A DNA stretch of 63,864 nt, filler included, from Octopus bimaculoides (lineage: Eukaryota): assembly GCF_001194135.2 (NCBI RefSeq). It is 6 parts of 6 records of this genome, joined end to end, with 100 filler letters (N's around TTAATTAATTAA, not from the genome) between each part and the next. Parts side by side here need not be neighbours in the genome. Positions count along the whole stretch, not along the records: positions 51,655 to 53,786 come from NC_069004.1; positions 53,887 to 62,518 come from NC_068988.1; positions 62,619 to 63,864 come from NC_068982.1; 3 more parts are not named here. One strand, given 5' to 3'. The notes under the pieces were generated by a model. That model had not been told where the DNA came from. It worked only from the letters and a program-made list of their open reading frames with translations, and did no database searches. Of this stretch, positions 52,746-63,864 are shown in pieces (the stretch's first letter is position 1; each line of letters starts with the position of its first letter). The position numbers and the translations under genes are program-made.

Positions 52746-53786
52746 CAGGGTGCAGTGAATAAAGTGTGTAAATTCCACAAAAATTAAAATAACACTGACA
52801 TCTCATTATGCTGCCATAATCCTTGCCTTTAGTTCATCTTTGGTGTTACAAGGAGTTTTGATGGTCTCTTGCTCAACTGCGCACCACACATAATAATCAA
52901 GGGGGTTGCAGTTTGGGGAGTTAGGTAACCAGATGTTAGGGGTGATGTGGTTGCAGAAATTGTCTGACAGTCATGACTGGGTTCTCCTGCTTGTGTGGCA
53001 TGGGAGCAGAGTCCTGTTGCCAGACATAGGGTCTTCCAGCAGCCACTCTCTTGACTCAAGGCAGCACTACCTCCTCCAGGCACTTGATGTAGGCCTCCGT
53101 GTTGAGTCTGAGGCTACGTAGGAAGATGAATGGAGGGATAACATGGCCATCATTAGTGATCACTCCAAACACCATCATGTTGACTGGATGTTTGATCTGT
53201 GTTACTCTCGGTACATGTTTTGGGGACACAACAAGTGAATGATTATTCTGTATGTTTACCATCTGATCCTGGCAGAAATTTTTCTCGTCTGAGAGAAATC
53301 AAAGCATGTTCAGTTGGAAGGGATGCCTGAATTTGTTCAAAAGCTTCATAGCGTGGTCTTTCCTCTTATCCTTGATGGCCCTTTCTCATCTTGTATGAGG
53401 AATACCGAATGTCGTTATGGACTACCTGCTTGATAAGAAACTCAGACACTCCCATATCCCTGGCGGTGGACCTGACTGACTTGGAGGGATCGTTGTCAAT
53501 CATGGCCTGGATCTCACCAACAAATTCAGGAGTCCTTTTCTTATCAGAACGATCAGAGTGAGTTTTCCAAGCTGCCATACCTTTGTAATCACCATTGGAC
53601 TCATCCAACTCTTTCCGAATCCTCTGCACTGTTCTCAGATTGACAGCCAAACACTCAGAAATGTTCATATCGGAGCTTCTGGCATGAATGCCAAGCAGTA
53701 CAGCATATCATTTCCAAATCTCTGGCAGAGTGAATTGTGTCATGGTGTTGCTTTTCTCACAGACAGTGCCCAACTGATCGTTCTAT
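52746..53786 (-). mobile_element. Tc1/mariner transposon, maT/DD37D-like, degenerate
   Basis: TA plus CAGGGTG end; HTH region (RTVQRIRKE...RTPEFVGEIQAMIDNDPSKSVRS), MMVFGVITNDGHVIPPFIF, QQDS.P.H and PNSPNCKPLDYYVWG motifs broken by frameshifts. Confidence 0.85.
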
Positions 53787-53886
53787 NNNNNNNNNNNNNN
53801 NNNNNNNNNNNNNNNNNNNNNNNNNNNNNNTTAATTAATTAANNNNNNNNNNNNNNNNNNNNNNNNNNNNNNNNNNNNNNNNNNNN

Positions 53887-54520
53887 TCTCACAATATCGA
53901 TCAGAGTTCACAGCCACTGTAACGTTGTCTTCTTCAAAGAAGTACGGACCCCATATACCGAATTCTGATACCGCACACCACACAGTCACCCGAGGAGAAT
54001 GCAAAGGGCGTTCATGCAACTCACGAGGGTTGTTTTCGGCCCAGTATCTGAAGTTTTGCTTATTCACTGTGGTACACAGATGAAAATGCGTCTCGTCACT
54101 GAACAACACAAGAGATGCATTGGGGATATTTTGTTGCATTTCCAAACACAATGCTCTGCGAGTTTCAATATCTCTTTCGCTGAGTTCTTGTGACAATATC
54201 ATTTTGGATGGATGCATTTGCAGATCATTGTGAAGAATTCTTCGCAAACTTCTATCGGCAAGCCTAAGAGCCGCGGCACGTTTAGATGCTGAACGCCGTG
54301 GAGACTGTTGAATTGAGGCTCTTACCGCTGCCACATTTTCTGGAGTTCTGGCGGTGCGAGGTCGGCCAGTTGATTTTCGTTTCAATGCTGATCCACTGGC
54401 TCTGAAGTTACTAACCCATAACAAAATCGTGTGTCAAGCAGGTACGGGATCATGTCTAACAAGTCTGAAGCGCAAACGGAACACTCGTTGTGTTGCAGTT
54501 ACAGATTCGTTCCTAATAAA
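53887..54520 (-). pseudogene. Tc1/mariner transposase N-terminal two thirds, rosa/DD41D-like (subfamily tentative)
   Basis: ESVTATQRVFR...LLWVSNFRASGSALKRKSTGRPRTARTPENV...FSDETHFHL..VNKQNFRYWAENNP...VTVWCA...GPYFFEE; one stop near 54434; truncated by gap. Confidence 0.85.
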
Positions 54521-54781
54521 CGTATATATATACATACATATATATATATTTGTCTTGCTTCTATATGTTGATTCCCTGACGATGAATATATGTGCAATTC
54601 CAGCACCTCTTACTTCTTTGGAGAAGAGTACATATATTTTGAAACATATGTAGGAATTAAAGGAACTTTTATTTATATGCATTTTGCTCCATTTATTGTT
54701 ATTATTCATATACACATATATATATATATGCTTTTGGTGCAAATGGTTTTGTTATGCGACACCGTATAACACAATCATGTA

Positions 54782-55094
54782 AATAATAATAATAATGGTA
54801 TTTTTATATAAGCTTAAATTTTATGGCGTTCACCGTGCAATGACTAAAGAAAATAGTCTAATAACGAGGCATATAAGCACTCGACAGAAAAAACAAGGCT
54901 TTTCTATCCATGTGTGAAGGTAACACAAACAGTCATGTTAACAAAGGGATGTGGATTCGCGTCCCACGCGGATGGGAAAGCATTCTTTTTTCTGTCGAGG
55001 GCTTATATGCTCGGTTATTATGCTAGTTTCATTAGTCATTGCACGGTGAACGGAATAAGCTTTGAGCTTATATAAGAATACCATTATTATTATT
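54782..55094. mobile_element. MITE-like element with about 130-bp inverted arms
   Basis: 54782-54915 is the reverse complement of 54963-55094 (cgttcaccgtgcaatgactaa, gcatataagc, ctcgacagaaaaaa shared); (AAT)n ends. Confidence 0.8.
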
Positions 55095-55145
55095 GACAGG
55101 ATTGTGAAAGACGGCACCGAATAATAAAGCCATTCGCATCGAAAG

Positions 55146-55184
<39 letters not shown>

Positions 55185-55441
55185 TGTGGTTGATTTCTTT
55201 GACCAATGACAGTGCTCCACCATGGCTGCAGTCACATGACTGAAACAAGTAAAGCAATAAAAATCTATGCCATTTTAATCCTGAGCAAGGCCGGGTATCT
55301 CTGCTAATGTATGATAAATTCAAAACAACCAAATAAATAAGCAAATCACTTGACAGAGTAATTTGAACGGAAAAGGTTTCAGGCAAATTTCATTTTCGTC
55401 TAAATAAACAGAATACCCATAAAGGTTACATTTCATTTTAA

Positions 55442-55668
55442 CTCTTTTGTTGACGCCATTTCTGTTGTTGAGATGATTCTCTGGGTTTCTTTCAATTATT
55501 TTAAATATAACAAAGAATTTAGCAAAATAACTTAGTTAACATTAAGCTAGTGTTAGGAACATAAATTGTGACTAAGGTTTGGTGGAAGATTTTAATTCAG
55601 AACTTAAGAAAACAAGACATTTGTACTCAGAGCCAGAGTCAGTTTCAGCCAGGTTGGTATCAAAAGGG
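55442..55668 (-). mobile_element. piggyBac-type MITE
   Basis: TTAA at both flanks, end ggtatcaaaaggg|TTAA; reverse homolog of 57021-57240. Confidence 0.7.
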
Positions 55669-56270
55669 TTAATACAAAGTAACGATTTTTTTTTTCACTT
55701 ACTTGTTCTGTTGAGAGAATAAATCTGGAAATATTCAGATATGGCTGCATGATTAAGAAGCTTGCTTTGTGACCACATGGTTTCAGGTTCAATTTCCTAA
55801 AGAATATCCAAGGTTACTTACTTCTCCTTGCAGCAACATCCACCCAGGGTGGGTTGAGCCAGCTCCGACCAACAAGTTATTTCATGTTCGGAGTTTCAGC
55901 GTGAATGCAAGTTCACATGTGGTCCCTGGACATATGTATACACACTTTGGGATAGTGTGGTTTGTAGCAGTCCATTTTGCCATTGATTATTGACCATAAC
56001 AGAGAACTTGCTGACCAAGTCACAGCCAATTATCAGAGCAGATGTCACCGGGGTTTGAAGGGGGTTCTAGAGACATCTTTAACAAAGACTAAGTAGGGGT
56101 GCTGGTTTAGTCGCTGACAACCCAACCATGCAACAGGTTGTACTGGATTCCATGTTCCCAGTTGCATTCATGAGACTTAATACAAAAAGAGCATTATCAA
56201 TGTAAATTGAATTGATTTTGACTAAGGTTTGAAATTTAGGTTGCATATCAGGTTTATTTTTAAAAAAATC

Positions 56271-56950
56271 AATAACTGTATCACAATACTTGCCAATTTA
56301 TAAGCAACAATTGGCAAAACCTGACAATCACTGTATCACAATTTATAAGCAACAATTGGCAAAACCTGACAATCACTGTATCACAATTTATAAGCAACAA
56401 TTGGCAAAACCTGACAATNNNNNNNNNNNNNNNNNNNNNNNNNNNNNNNNNNNNNNNNNNNNNNNNNNNNNNNNNNNNNNNNNNNNNNNNNNNNNNNNNN
56501 NNNNNNNNNNNNNNNNNNNNNNNNNNNNNNNNNNNNNNNNNNNNNNNNNNNNNNNNNNNNNNNNNNNNNNNNNNNNNNNNNNNNNNNNNNNNNNNNNNNN
56601 NNNNNNNNNNNNNNNNNNNNNNNNNNNNNNNNNNNNNNNNNNNNNNNNNNNNNNNNNNNNNNNNNNNNNNNNNNNNNNNNNNNNNNNNNNNNNNNNNNNN
56701 NNNNNNNNNNNNNNNNNNNNNNNNNNNNNNNNNNNNNNNNNNNNNNNNNNNNNNNNNNNNNTGGCAAAACCTGACAATCACTGTATCACAATTTATAAGC
56801 AACAATTGGCAAAACCTGACAATCACTGTATCACAATTTATAAGCAACAATTGGCAAAACCTGACAATCACTGTATCACAATTTATAAGCAACAATTGGC
56901 AAAACCTGACAATAACTGTATCACAATTTATAAGCAACCTGACAATCACT
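56271..56950. repeat. 45-bp minisatellite (array partly in gap)
   Basis: Unit ATTTATAAGCAACAATTGGCAAAACCTGACAATCACTGTATCACA; at least 7 copies visible. Confidence 0.95.
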
Positions 56951-57020
56951 GATGTTTGCTGAAACCTTTCGTATTTTCTGTTCTGAGTTAAATTATTCAC
57001 TATTTTATAAATGTGTTTAA

Positions 57021-57240
57021 CCCTTTTGATACCAACCCAGCTGAAACTACCTCTGGGTCTGTAGTACAAATGTCTTGTTTTTATAAGTTCTGAATTAAAA
57101 TCTTTCATCAGATCTTAGTCACAATTTATATTCCTAACATTAGCTTAATGATTAAGTTATTTTGCTAAATTTTTTGCTATATTTAAAATTAATTGAAAGA
57201 AACACAGTACACCCCCAACAGAAATATGGTAACAGAAGGG
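57021..57240 (+). mobile_element. piggyBac-type MITE, 220 bp
   Basis: TTAA|CCCTTTTGATACCA ... TGGTAACAGAAGGG|TTAA (12/14 TIR match); a truncated third copy starts at 57259. Confidence 0.8.
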
Positions 57241-58542
57241 TTAACATAATTAATTTAACCCTTTTGTTATAAACCCAGTTGAAACTACCTCTGGGTTTGT
57301 AATACAAAAGTCTTGGTGGTCCATTGTGATAGGTATAAACTCCAAGCAATGTAAAATGTAGCCCAGACCATGTTTACCAGCATGAACATCAGACTTCAGA
57401 AAGTAGTTAACCATTTAATGGTTTTAATAAATTTATACAGAAAAAGTAAGCATTATACCGTTCAGTATAAATAAAAGTCAACTTTATTATATTTAAGCCA
57501 TTATTTTTTCTGCAAAAACCTATTCTGACATTAAATGAGTCAACTTCTAGTACGAATATTTACAGTTTGTACGTCTTTTTCAAAAAAATTCTGGAAATGA
57601 TCTATTCATGTAATTTATACACCCCCTAAAGTCTATTTCTATGTTTGCAGAAAAAAGTACATGGGTTTTTACAGTCTGTTGATTCTACTCTGTGTTATAC
57701 CTCAGAAGAAATCAGCTTCTCTACAAACATTTTACTTACCAAGGCCAGAGAGGGACCCTGGGTACTGATAAATAACTTATGTTGATGAAATGATGAGCAT
57801 ACACTTATCAAATTTAATGGCGTAAAGAGAAAACCATTATTTTTCAGTTTAAGACCATCTCTGACTGAAGGGTTCCTTTAGCAGAAGTCACTTATAGCAC
57901 CCTAGGGTAATCTTTGCTGCCTGACCCCTGCTTCCAAATAATCATTACTAAAAAATTCACAGACACTTACCTGTTTGGCAATTCTCTTTCGTCTAACATT
58001 TATGGATTTCAATAGAGACAATGACTTCAAACTGCACCCCACCACCTAACACACACACACACTAACACGTAGGCTGCACATTTTGTCTCTTACCTTCTAT
58101 CACCAATATGTCCGAGTCATTTTATCTGCTACTCCTCAATCCAAATGGCTCTCTAAGCAATACTCTTGTAGACATAGCTGCTACTTATGCTGTATACATT
58201 CCACTTAACAAAAGCAGCACCCAGACTCCCCATCGCATTGAGGAAGTCTCATGATTGTTCTAAACCAGAGGCTGGTAAAGTTGTCAACATTGACCCCTGG
58301 GTAGAAGTCTGTGTGGCAATCTAAGGGCTGCGATAAACACCTGAAACAATTTTGAGCATTAAGGCTGCTGAAACACCAGCAAACTGAACCTGGAAGAGTG
58401 TAAGTAATTTCAGGTTAAAATCCATTCATTTCACTGAATTCACAGCCAAACACCAATACAATGACTGGTATTCACTGAATATATTTCACATTCAGTATTT
58501 CAACTGTTTCAATATGAATTTTTGTTCTTCTTCTTGCCAGTG

Positions 58543-58806
58543 CCGTCTAATTGGCCCTTGTGCCGCTGGCATGTAAAAAGCACCATTCAAGCGTAGTCAA
58601 TGCCAGTACTGCTTGACTGGTTCTCGTGCTGGTGACACGTGAAAAGCACCATGTAAAAAGTGGTTGGTGTTAGGAAGGTCATCCAGCTGTAGAAACCTTG
58701 CCAGGTCAGATTGGAGCCTGGTGCAGCCTTCTGGCTTGCCAGTTCTCAGTCAAACCATCTAACCCATGCCAGCATGGAAAGCAGATGTTAAACGATGATG
58801 ATGATG
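58543..58806 (+). mobile_element. Family D element, diverged
   Basis: Two hairpin-like units plus RTE-like tail ending in (GAT)n. Confidence 0.85.
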
Positions 58807-59422
58807 TCATTCAATTTCTTTCTTTCTTATTAAAAAGCAGTAATGACACAAAAGAAAGGAGTCATTGATTTTAAATCAAGAAATATTTTTATTAATTGTA
58901 GTTTTTAATTTTATTTTAGAAATTTACATGATGTGGATTGATAAGGTAGTAAAGATTTCATGAAGGGGCCAATGACAAAAGAAGTTTTCTGACCCCTGTT
59001 CTAAACTAATAATACAACAGCTTTTTTTTTTTTTTTTTCGATTATTCTGTCTCTGTTTTTGCCAAATTCCAACCAGTGGAATTGTGACAGTCTTCCAATC
59101 TTGTGAAGACCGACTTGTTTAACTCTGCCAGCAACCAGCCAATATCTCAAAAATAATCGGGGTCCATAAATGTCTGAAATAGCAATGCCTGGAATATTTC
59201 TGTACAACACACTTCATGTGACACTACAGAGATGTCATGTCTTGGAGTATTTTGTAAAAAAAAAAAACACTAACACTTTTGACATTAACAAAAAAGTTTT
59301 AACACAAGAAACATCAAACCATGGGACCCATTGAGTGGCTTTCTCATCTCATTGGCCACAAGTTTTGTTAAACCTGTTTCAGGCTCTCTCTAATCCAATT
59401 CTATCAACACAGTGAAGGGACA

Positions 59423-59746
59423 TGGCTGGGGTTTCGGGTATTTGCCTCAAGATTATAAGGTCATGAGTTCAATTCCCAGCAGTGCATTGTATCCTTGAGC
59501 AAGACACTTTATTTCACATTGCTTCAGTCCACTCAGCTGGCAAAAATGAGTTGTACTTGTATTTCAAAGGGTCAGCCTTGTCACATTCTGTATCTGGATG
59601 AATCTCCCTGAGAACTATGTTAAGGGTACATGTGTCAGTGGTGTACTCAGCCACATGCATGTTAATTTCATGAGCAGGCTGTTCCATTGATTGAGATCAA
59701 CTGGAACTTGCATTGTTATAATCAATGGAGTGCCACTTTCTATCAG
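59423..59746 (+). mobile_element. tRNA-derived SINE family C
   Basis: B box gagttcaattccc followed by ccttgagcaagacactttatttcac core. Confidence 0.7.
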
Positions 59747-60769
59747 CACGACTCTCCCACAAAGGCTAGATGTCTCCAACTATTCTGTTTTTATCCATGG
59801 GAACATGCCTGGCTAAAGGGAAATATCTTCCTTGGAAGCAGGTAAGGTTTGGTGACAGGGAAGGCATCTGCCCATAGAAAATCTGCCTTGGGATATTCCA
59901 TCTATGCCATGCAAGTATGGAAAAGTGGACAGTACAATGAGGAGAGTGAGATCAATGATCAGCTCAAGGTGTCTCCTCTCTGCATACATTGTTACCATTC
60001 CCATGAAGACAACGGCACCTTAACTGACTCCGTAATCTTCACCACCTGAGTGCCATCTGTATGTAGTCTAGGTATTTCTCACTGGATACATACCACTTCC
60101 ATGAACAAAATCTTCAATAACACATTATATTGGGGCCACGAGAGACAATCTAATCTTTTGAATAAGGCCCTGTCCACATTTTCTCCTTAGAGATACTGAC
60201 CCTGACCAGAAGAAATTCAACCTGGACATCATTTGTATCGACCACATCAATTTAGAAAGGTCTGCACAGAATATGAATACTGGATCTGGTCTCCAAACTA
60301 AATTTTAAAAATAAGTTATAAATTCAAAACCATGTTCACCATTTAACATGTGAAACCTTAAACATCTAAAAATCAAAACCTTTCAATCAATATTGAGTTG
60401 CCACGTAAGAGCTGTAAATTACAACAGCTTGCAGATTACAATAAAAATCTATATTTAATATATGATTTTTATCTGTCAATAAAAATCTATATTTAATATA
60501 TGCTTTATTACTGGAAATACAGGAGGGAACATGTTGGTTATTCTGATTTCATAAGGACACACAAATATATAGCAATCAATGTATGTAGTTGTTGCTAGCT
60601 GGTTTTTTTTTTCGTAATAATTAGGTAATACTTGTATATTGTGAATATACAAGTTGGTGGGAAAATTCTGTTCATACCAAAAAGAACTTTCTAGAAAAAC
60701 GTCCTGTGTACGGATATACTTTATGTCTGCTTGTAGAGAGCAAGTTATTTCTTGTAAGTTGTGAATAAA

Positions 60770-61195
60770 ATACTGGCTTTAAATATTGGCACACAAGGTC
60801 AGTAATTTCGGAGGAAGGGCTTACTTGATAACAACCGCAGTGTTCAAGTGGTACTTATTTTATCAGCCCCAAAAGGATGAAAGGCAAAGCTGACCTTGGC
60901 AGAATTTGAACTCAGAATGTAAAGTTAAATGGAATACCACAAAGCATTTAGCCTGGTATGCTAATGATTCTACCAGCACACTACTATGATGGGCTCAAAT
61001 TTCAGCAAAGGGTCAAGAATTTGGGAGGGAAGGCTAAGTCAATTACATTGACCCCAGTACTCAACTGGTATTTATTTTATTGATCCCAGAAAGTTGAAAT
61101 GCAAAGTAGGCCTCAGTGAAATTTGAACTCAGAATGTAAAGAGAGATGAAATGCTTGCAAAGCATTTTAGCCAGAGCGCTAACGACTCTGCCATC
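60770..61195 (-). mobile_element. Two tandem diverged SINE family B copies
   Basis: aaggcaaagctgaccttggcagaatttgaactcagaa and gcaaagtaggcctcagtgaaatttgaactcagaa repeated in the same orientation. Confidence 0.8.
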
Positions 61196-61342
61196 TTTCC
61201 CCCTTCATTTGTTAATGACATTGGAATTCTAGAAACCCTGAATCAGCCAAGTGGTTGTGGTTTCAGCCCCACTGTATAGTACCTTGGGCAAGTGTTGTCT
61301 ACTATAGATCTGAGCCAACTAATGAGTGAATTTGGTAAATCA

Positions 61343-61685
61343 TCATCATTGTTTACTGTCTGCTTTCCATGTTGGCATGGGTTGGAAGGTTTGACTGAGG
61401 ACTGGCAAGCTAGGACAGGGTGAGGAGGTTGGCATCAACCATGATCGGATGGCACTTTTTATATGCCACTGGCATGAGAACCATTCAAGATGGAGCTGGC
61501 ATCGGCCACGTTTGGATGGTGCTTTTTACATATCACTGGCACAGGGGCCAGTTGGGGTGAGGGAGCTGGCATCAACCACATTCAGATGGTGTTTTTTACA
61601 TGTCACCGGCACGGGGAGCCATTCAGGTAGCACTGGCAACGATCGACACATGAATGGTGCTTATTGCATGCCACCAGCATGGGAG
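61343..61685 (-). mobile_element. Family D element, old and rearranged
   Basis: catcatcatt...ttccatgttggcatgggttgg tail plus decayed units. Confidence 0.7.
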
Positions 61686-62286
61686 TCAGAAACTACAAAT
61701 TCCTTTGCTTATATGTGTGTGAAGACTTATACTGCAATTCCATCAAAAAGCAGAGTGTTGGATGGTAATGTTTGGAGATATTCTTTGGATGGTAATGTTT
61801 TGCTGCTTTTGAAGATTAAGTGGAATGAAAATGTTCTGACATGAAAAACAGTTAAGAGTTAACAGGAAGGGCAATCAGCAGTAAAAACAAAACCATAATA
61901 ATTGCTATTCATCTAACTCATGCTAGCATGGGAACATGGACATAATACAAACAAATAACACAATTATACTTTTGAAAGGTTGTTTACAATCTGCCCCTTC
62001 TTTTACTTTAGCTTTTTCAAAGTTTTATTGACTCAAAGACCTAAAACTTCTGACTCTGTTATTTTGCTTTTAGCATCAAATATTCTTTTCTATTTTTTTT
62101 CAAGGTTTATTCTGGCAGAATGAGTCATGCTTATGACCTTCACAAGTATTTTTTTTTGCACATTTGCTTTGTATTATGTGGTTATTTAAAAAAGTAAACT
62201 AATGCCACAATATCAAAGTGGTGCTAATGGGAAGGTCATTTTGTCAATGAACACACATGCACTGGTTCTATTTTACTTCTTTCTAA

Positions 62287-62518
62287 TCATCATCATCATC
62301 ATCATCGTTTAACGTCCGCTTTCCATGCTAGCATGGGTTGGACGATTTGACTGAGGACTGGTGAAACTGGATGGCAACACCAGGCTCCAGTCTAATTTGG
62401 CAGAGTTTCTACAGCTGGATGCCCTTCCTAACGCCAACCACTCAGAGAGTGTAGTGGGTGCTTTTACGTGTCACCCGCACGAAAACGGCCACGCTCGAAA
62501 TGGTGTCTTTTATGTGCC
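62287..62518 (-). mobile_element. Family D element, 5' end lost in gap
   Basis: Near-identical reverse complement of 27899-28141. Confidence 0.9.
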
Positions 62519-63085
62519 NNNNNNNNNNNNNNNNNNNNNNNNNNNNNNNNNNNNNNNNNNNNTTAATTAATTAANNNNNNNNNNNNNNNNNNNNNNNNNN
62601 NNNNNNNNNNNNNNNNNNTACATATATATATATATATATACATATATATATGTGTGTGTGTGTGTGTGTATGTTGGCTGCTCAAGAGTGGGCAGCAACAA
62701 AAAACCTATTTGTATATGCTCCACAAGGGAAAACAAGGAACATAGTTTACAATGAGGTGTTATAATCACAACAGCAAGAAAGTATGTACATGATCACCTT
62801 CTTTTACGAAACTTCATTGACTTTCATATATTTATATTGATATACATATATATACGTGTGTTTGGGTGCGTGTGTGTATATACATCTCTCTATATAAAGA
62901 TGATGCGTAGTCTAGACGGCGTTTGTAGATTTCATTATTCTCTTTAATCCGGGCAACGCCGGGTATTTCTGCTAGTATATACTATAATTTAGGGTATCTA
63001 AGAGATACCAACGTCGTAGGTTCGTATATGTAAGTATTCCCTTGTTGTATATATATATATTTCTATTTATGTGCTATCTGAATAT

Positions 63086-63144
63086 ATTCCACAGATGAAG
63101 GCAGGGCATTTCTTATGCAGAACCAGAAATCCGGGAACTGGAAT
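63086..63144 (+). ncRNA. Decayed hammerhead-like motif with CAGAUGA core
   Basis: Stem I attcca/tggaat, CAGATGA-A, stem II gg..gcat/atgc..cc, GAAA, ATCCGGGA; U16.1 appears mutated to A. Confidence 0.4.
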
Positions 63145-63395
63145 TATTCAGTAATTTTTTTTTTTTTTACTAGTTTATTTTGTCCTTTTGTTTTCTCTCC
63201 TGTGTGGTATATAAACATTTAATGTGGTTTTAGAGTCAATTTGTGGCTGTATCTCTTAGATACCCCAAATTATAATTTTAATAATAATTATTACCTTTGA
63301 GGTTTTCATTCCCATGCTGGCTACCTAAGATCGGTATTTTAAATAACGATCTTACCCATATTTATATAAGTTTATATATATATATGTAAGTAGAT

Positions 63396-63436
<41 letters not shown>

Positions 63437-63511
63437 AAGAAAAATAGATAGTTACATAGACATTATTATATACACATATATCTATGTACGTATGTATACA
63501 CATAGGCAGTT

Positions 63512-63864
63512 ACGATGGAATACATCAACATTAGCGAAGAAGATGTACTACTAGCTATACATGAAGTGGACACAAACTCAACTGATGGCCCTGATGGTTT
63601 CTCAGCAATCCTCCTTAAATCGTGTAAGCATGCCCTGGCAAAACCCCTCCAGATCCTCTTCCAGAGCTTTCTCGCAAACGGAAGACTGCCAAGCAAGCTG
63701 AAGGAGGGAATAATATGCCCAATCCATAAAGGGGGAAGCAGAGCAGATGCCAAAACCTATAGGCCTATCTCTCTGACTTCACACATCAGCAAAGTCATGG
63801 AAAGGATAATCAGAGGAAAACTAATCGCATTCCTTGAAGAAAATAAATTGCTGAGTGATACCCA
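63512..63864 (+). mobile_element. CR1/L2-group LINE ORF2, start of RT domain, open to window end
   Basis: Uninterrupted frame ...STDGPDGFSAILLKSC..ALAKPLQILFQSFLANGRLPSKLKEGIICPIHKGGSRADAKTYRPISLTSHISKVMERII... Confidence 0.92.

Noticed and set aside
27843-62574. Recurring TTAATTAATTAA inside N runs (27843, 36139, 51599, 53831, 62563)
   Set aside because: Identical 12-mer always flanked by Ns that puts stops in all six frames; an assembly gap spacer, not biology.

Overview
AT-rich, gapped, repeat-saturated eukaryotic DNA. The SINE families, the microsatellite load and the TTAATTAATTAA gap fillers suggest an octopus (coleoid cephalopod) draft scaffold; this is inferred from recognising repeats, not from a search. 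No host protein-coding gene can be identified with confidence, and nearly all ORFs in the track are microsatellite or N-gap artefacts. Recognisable coding remnants are all transposon-derived: RTE, Penelope-like RT, R4/RLE-type LINE, CR1-type LINE, Merlin and three Tc1/mariner families. There are also three tRNA-derived SINE families, an RTE-tail element carrying arrays of conserved hairpins, several palindromic MITEs, piggyBac-type MITEs and minisatellites. The most notable signal is a set of eight minimal type I hammerhead-ribozyme-like motifs (three intact-looking, three family-variant copies of which one is broken, two decayed) from about five or six unrelated repeats. Where intact, stem III is short and self-complementary or nearly so (dimer type). 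The cores differ: CUGAUGA, CCGAUGA, UUGAAAA (compensated U3-A8), CUGUGGA and CAGAUGA. One motif sits directly behind a tRNA-like Pol III promoter. A few weak candidate exons are noted at low confidence.
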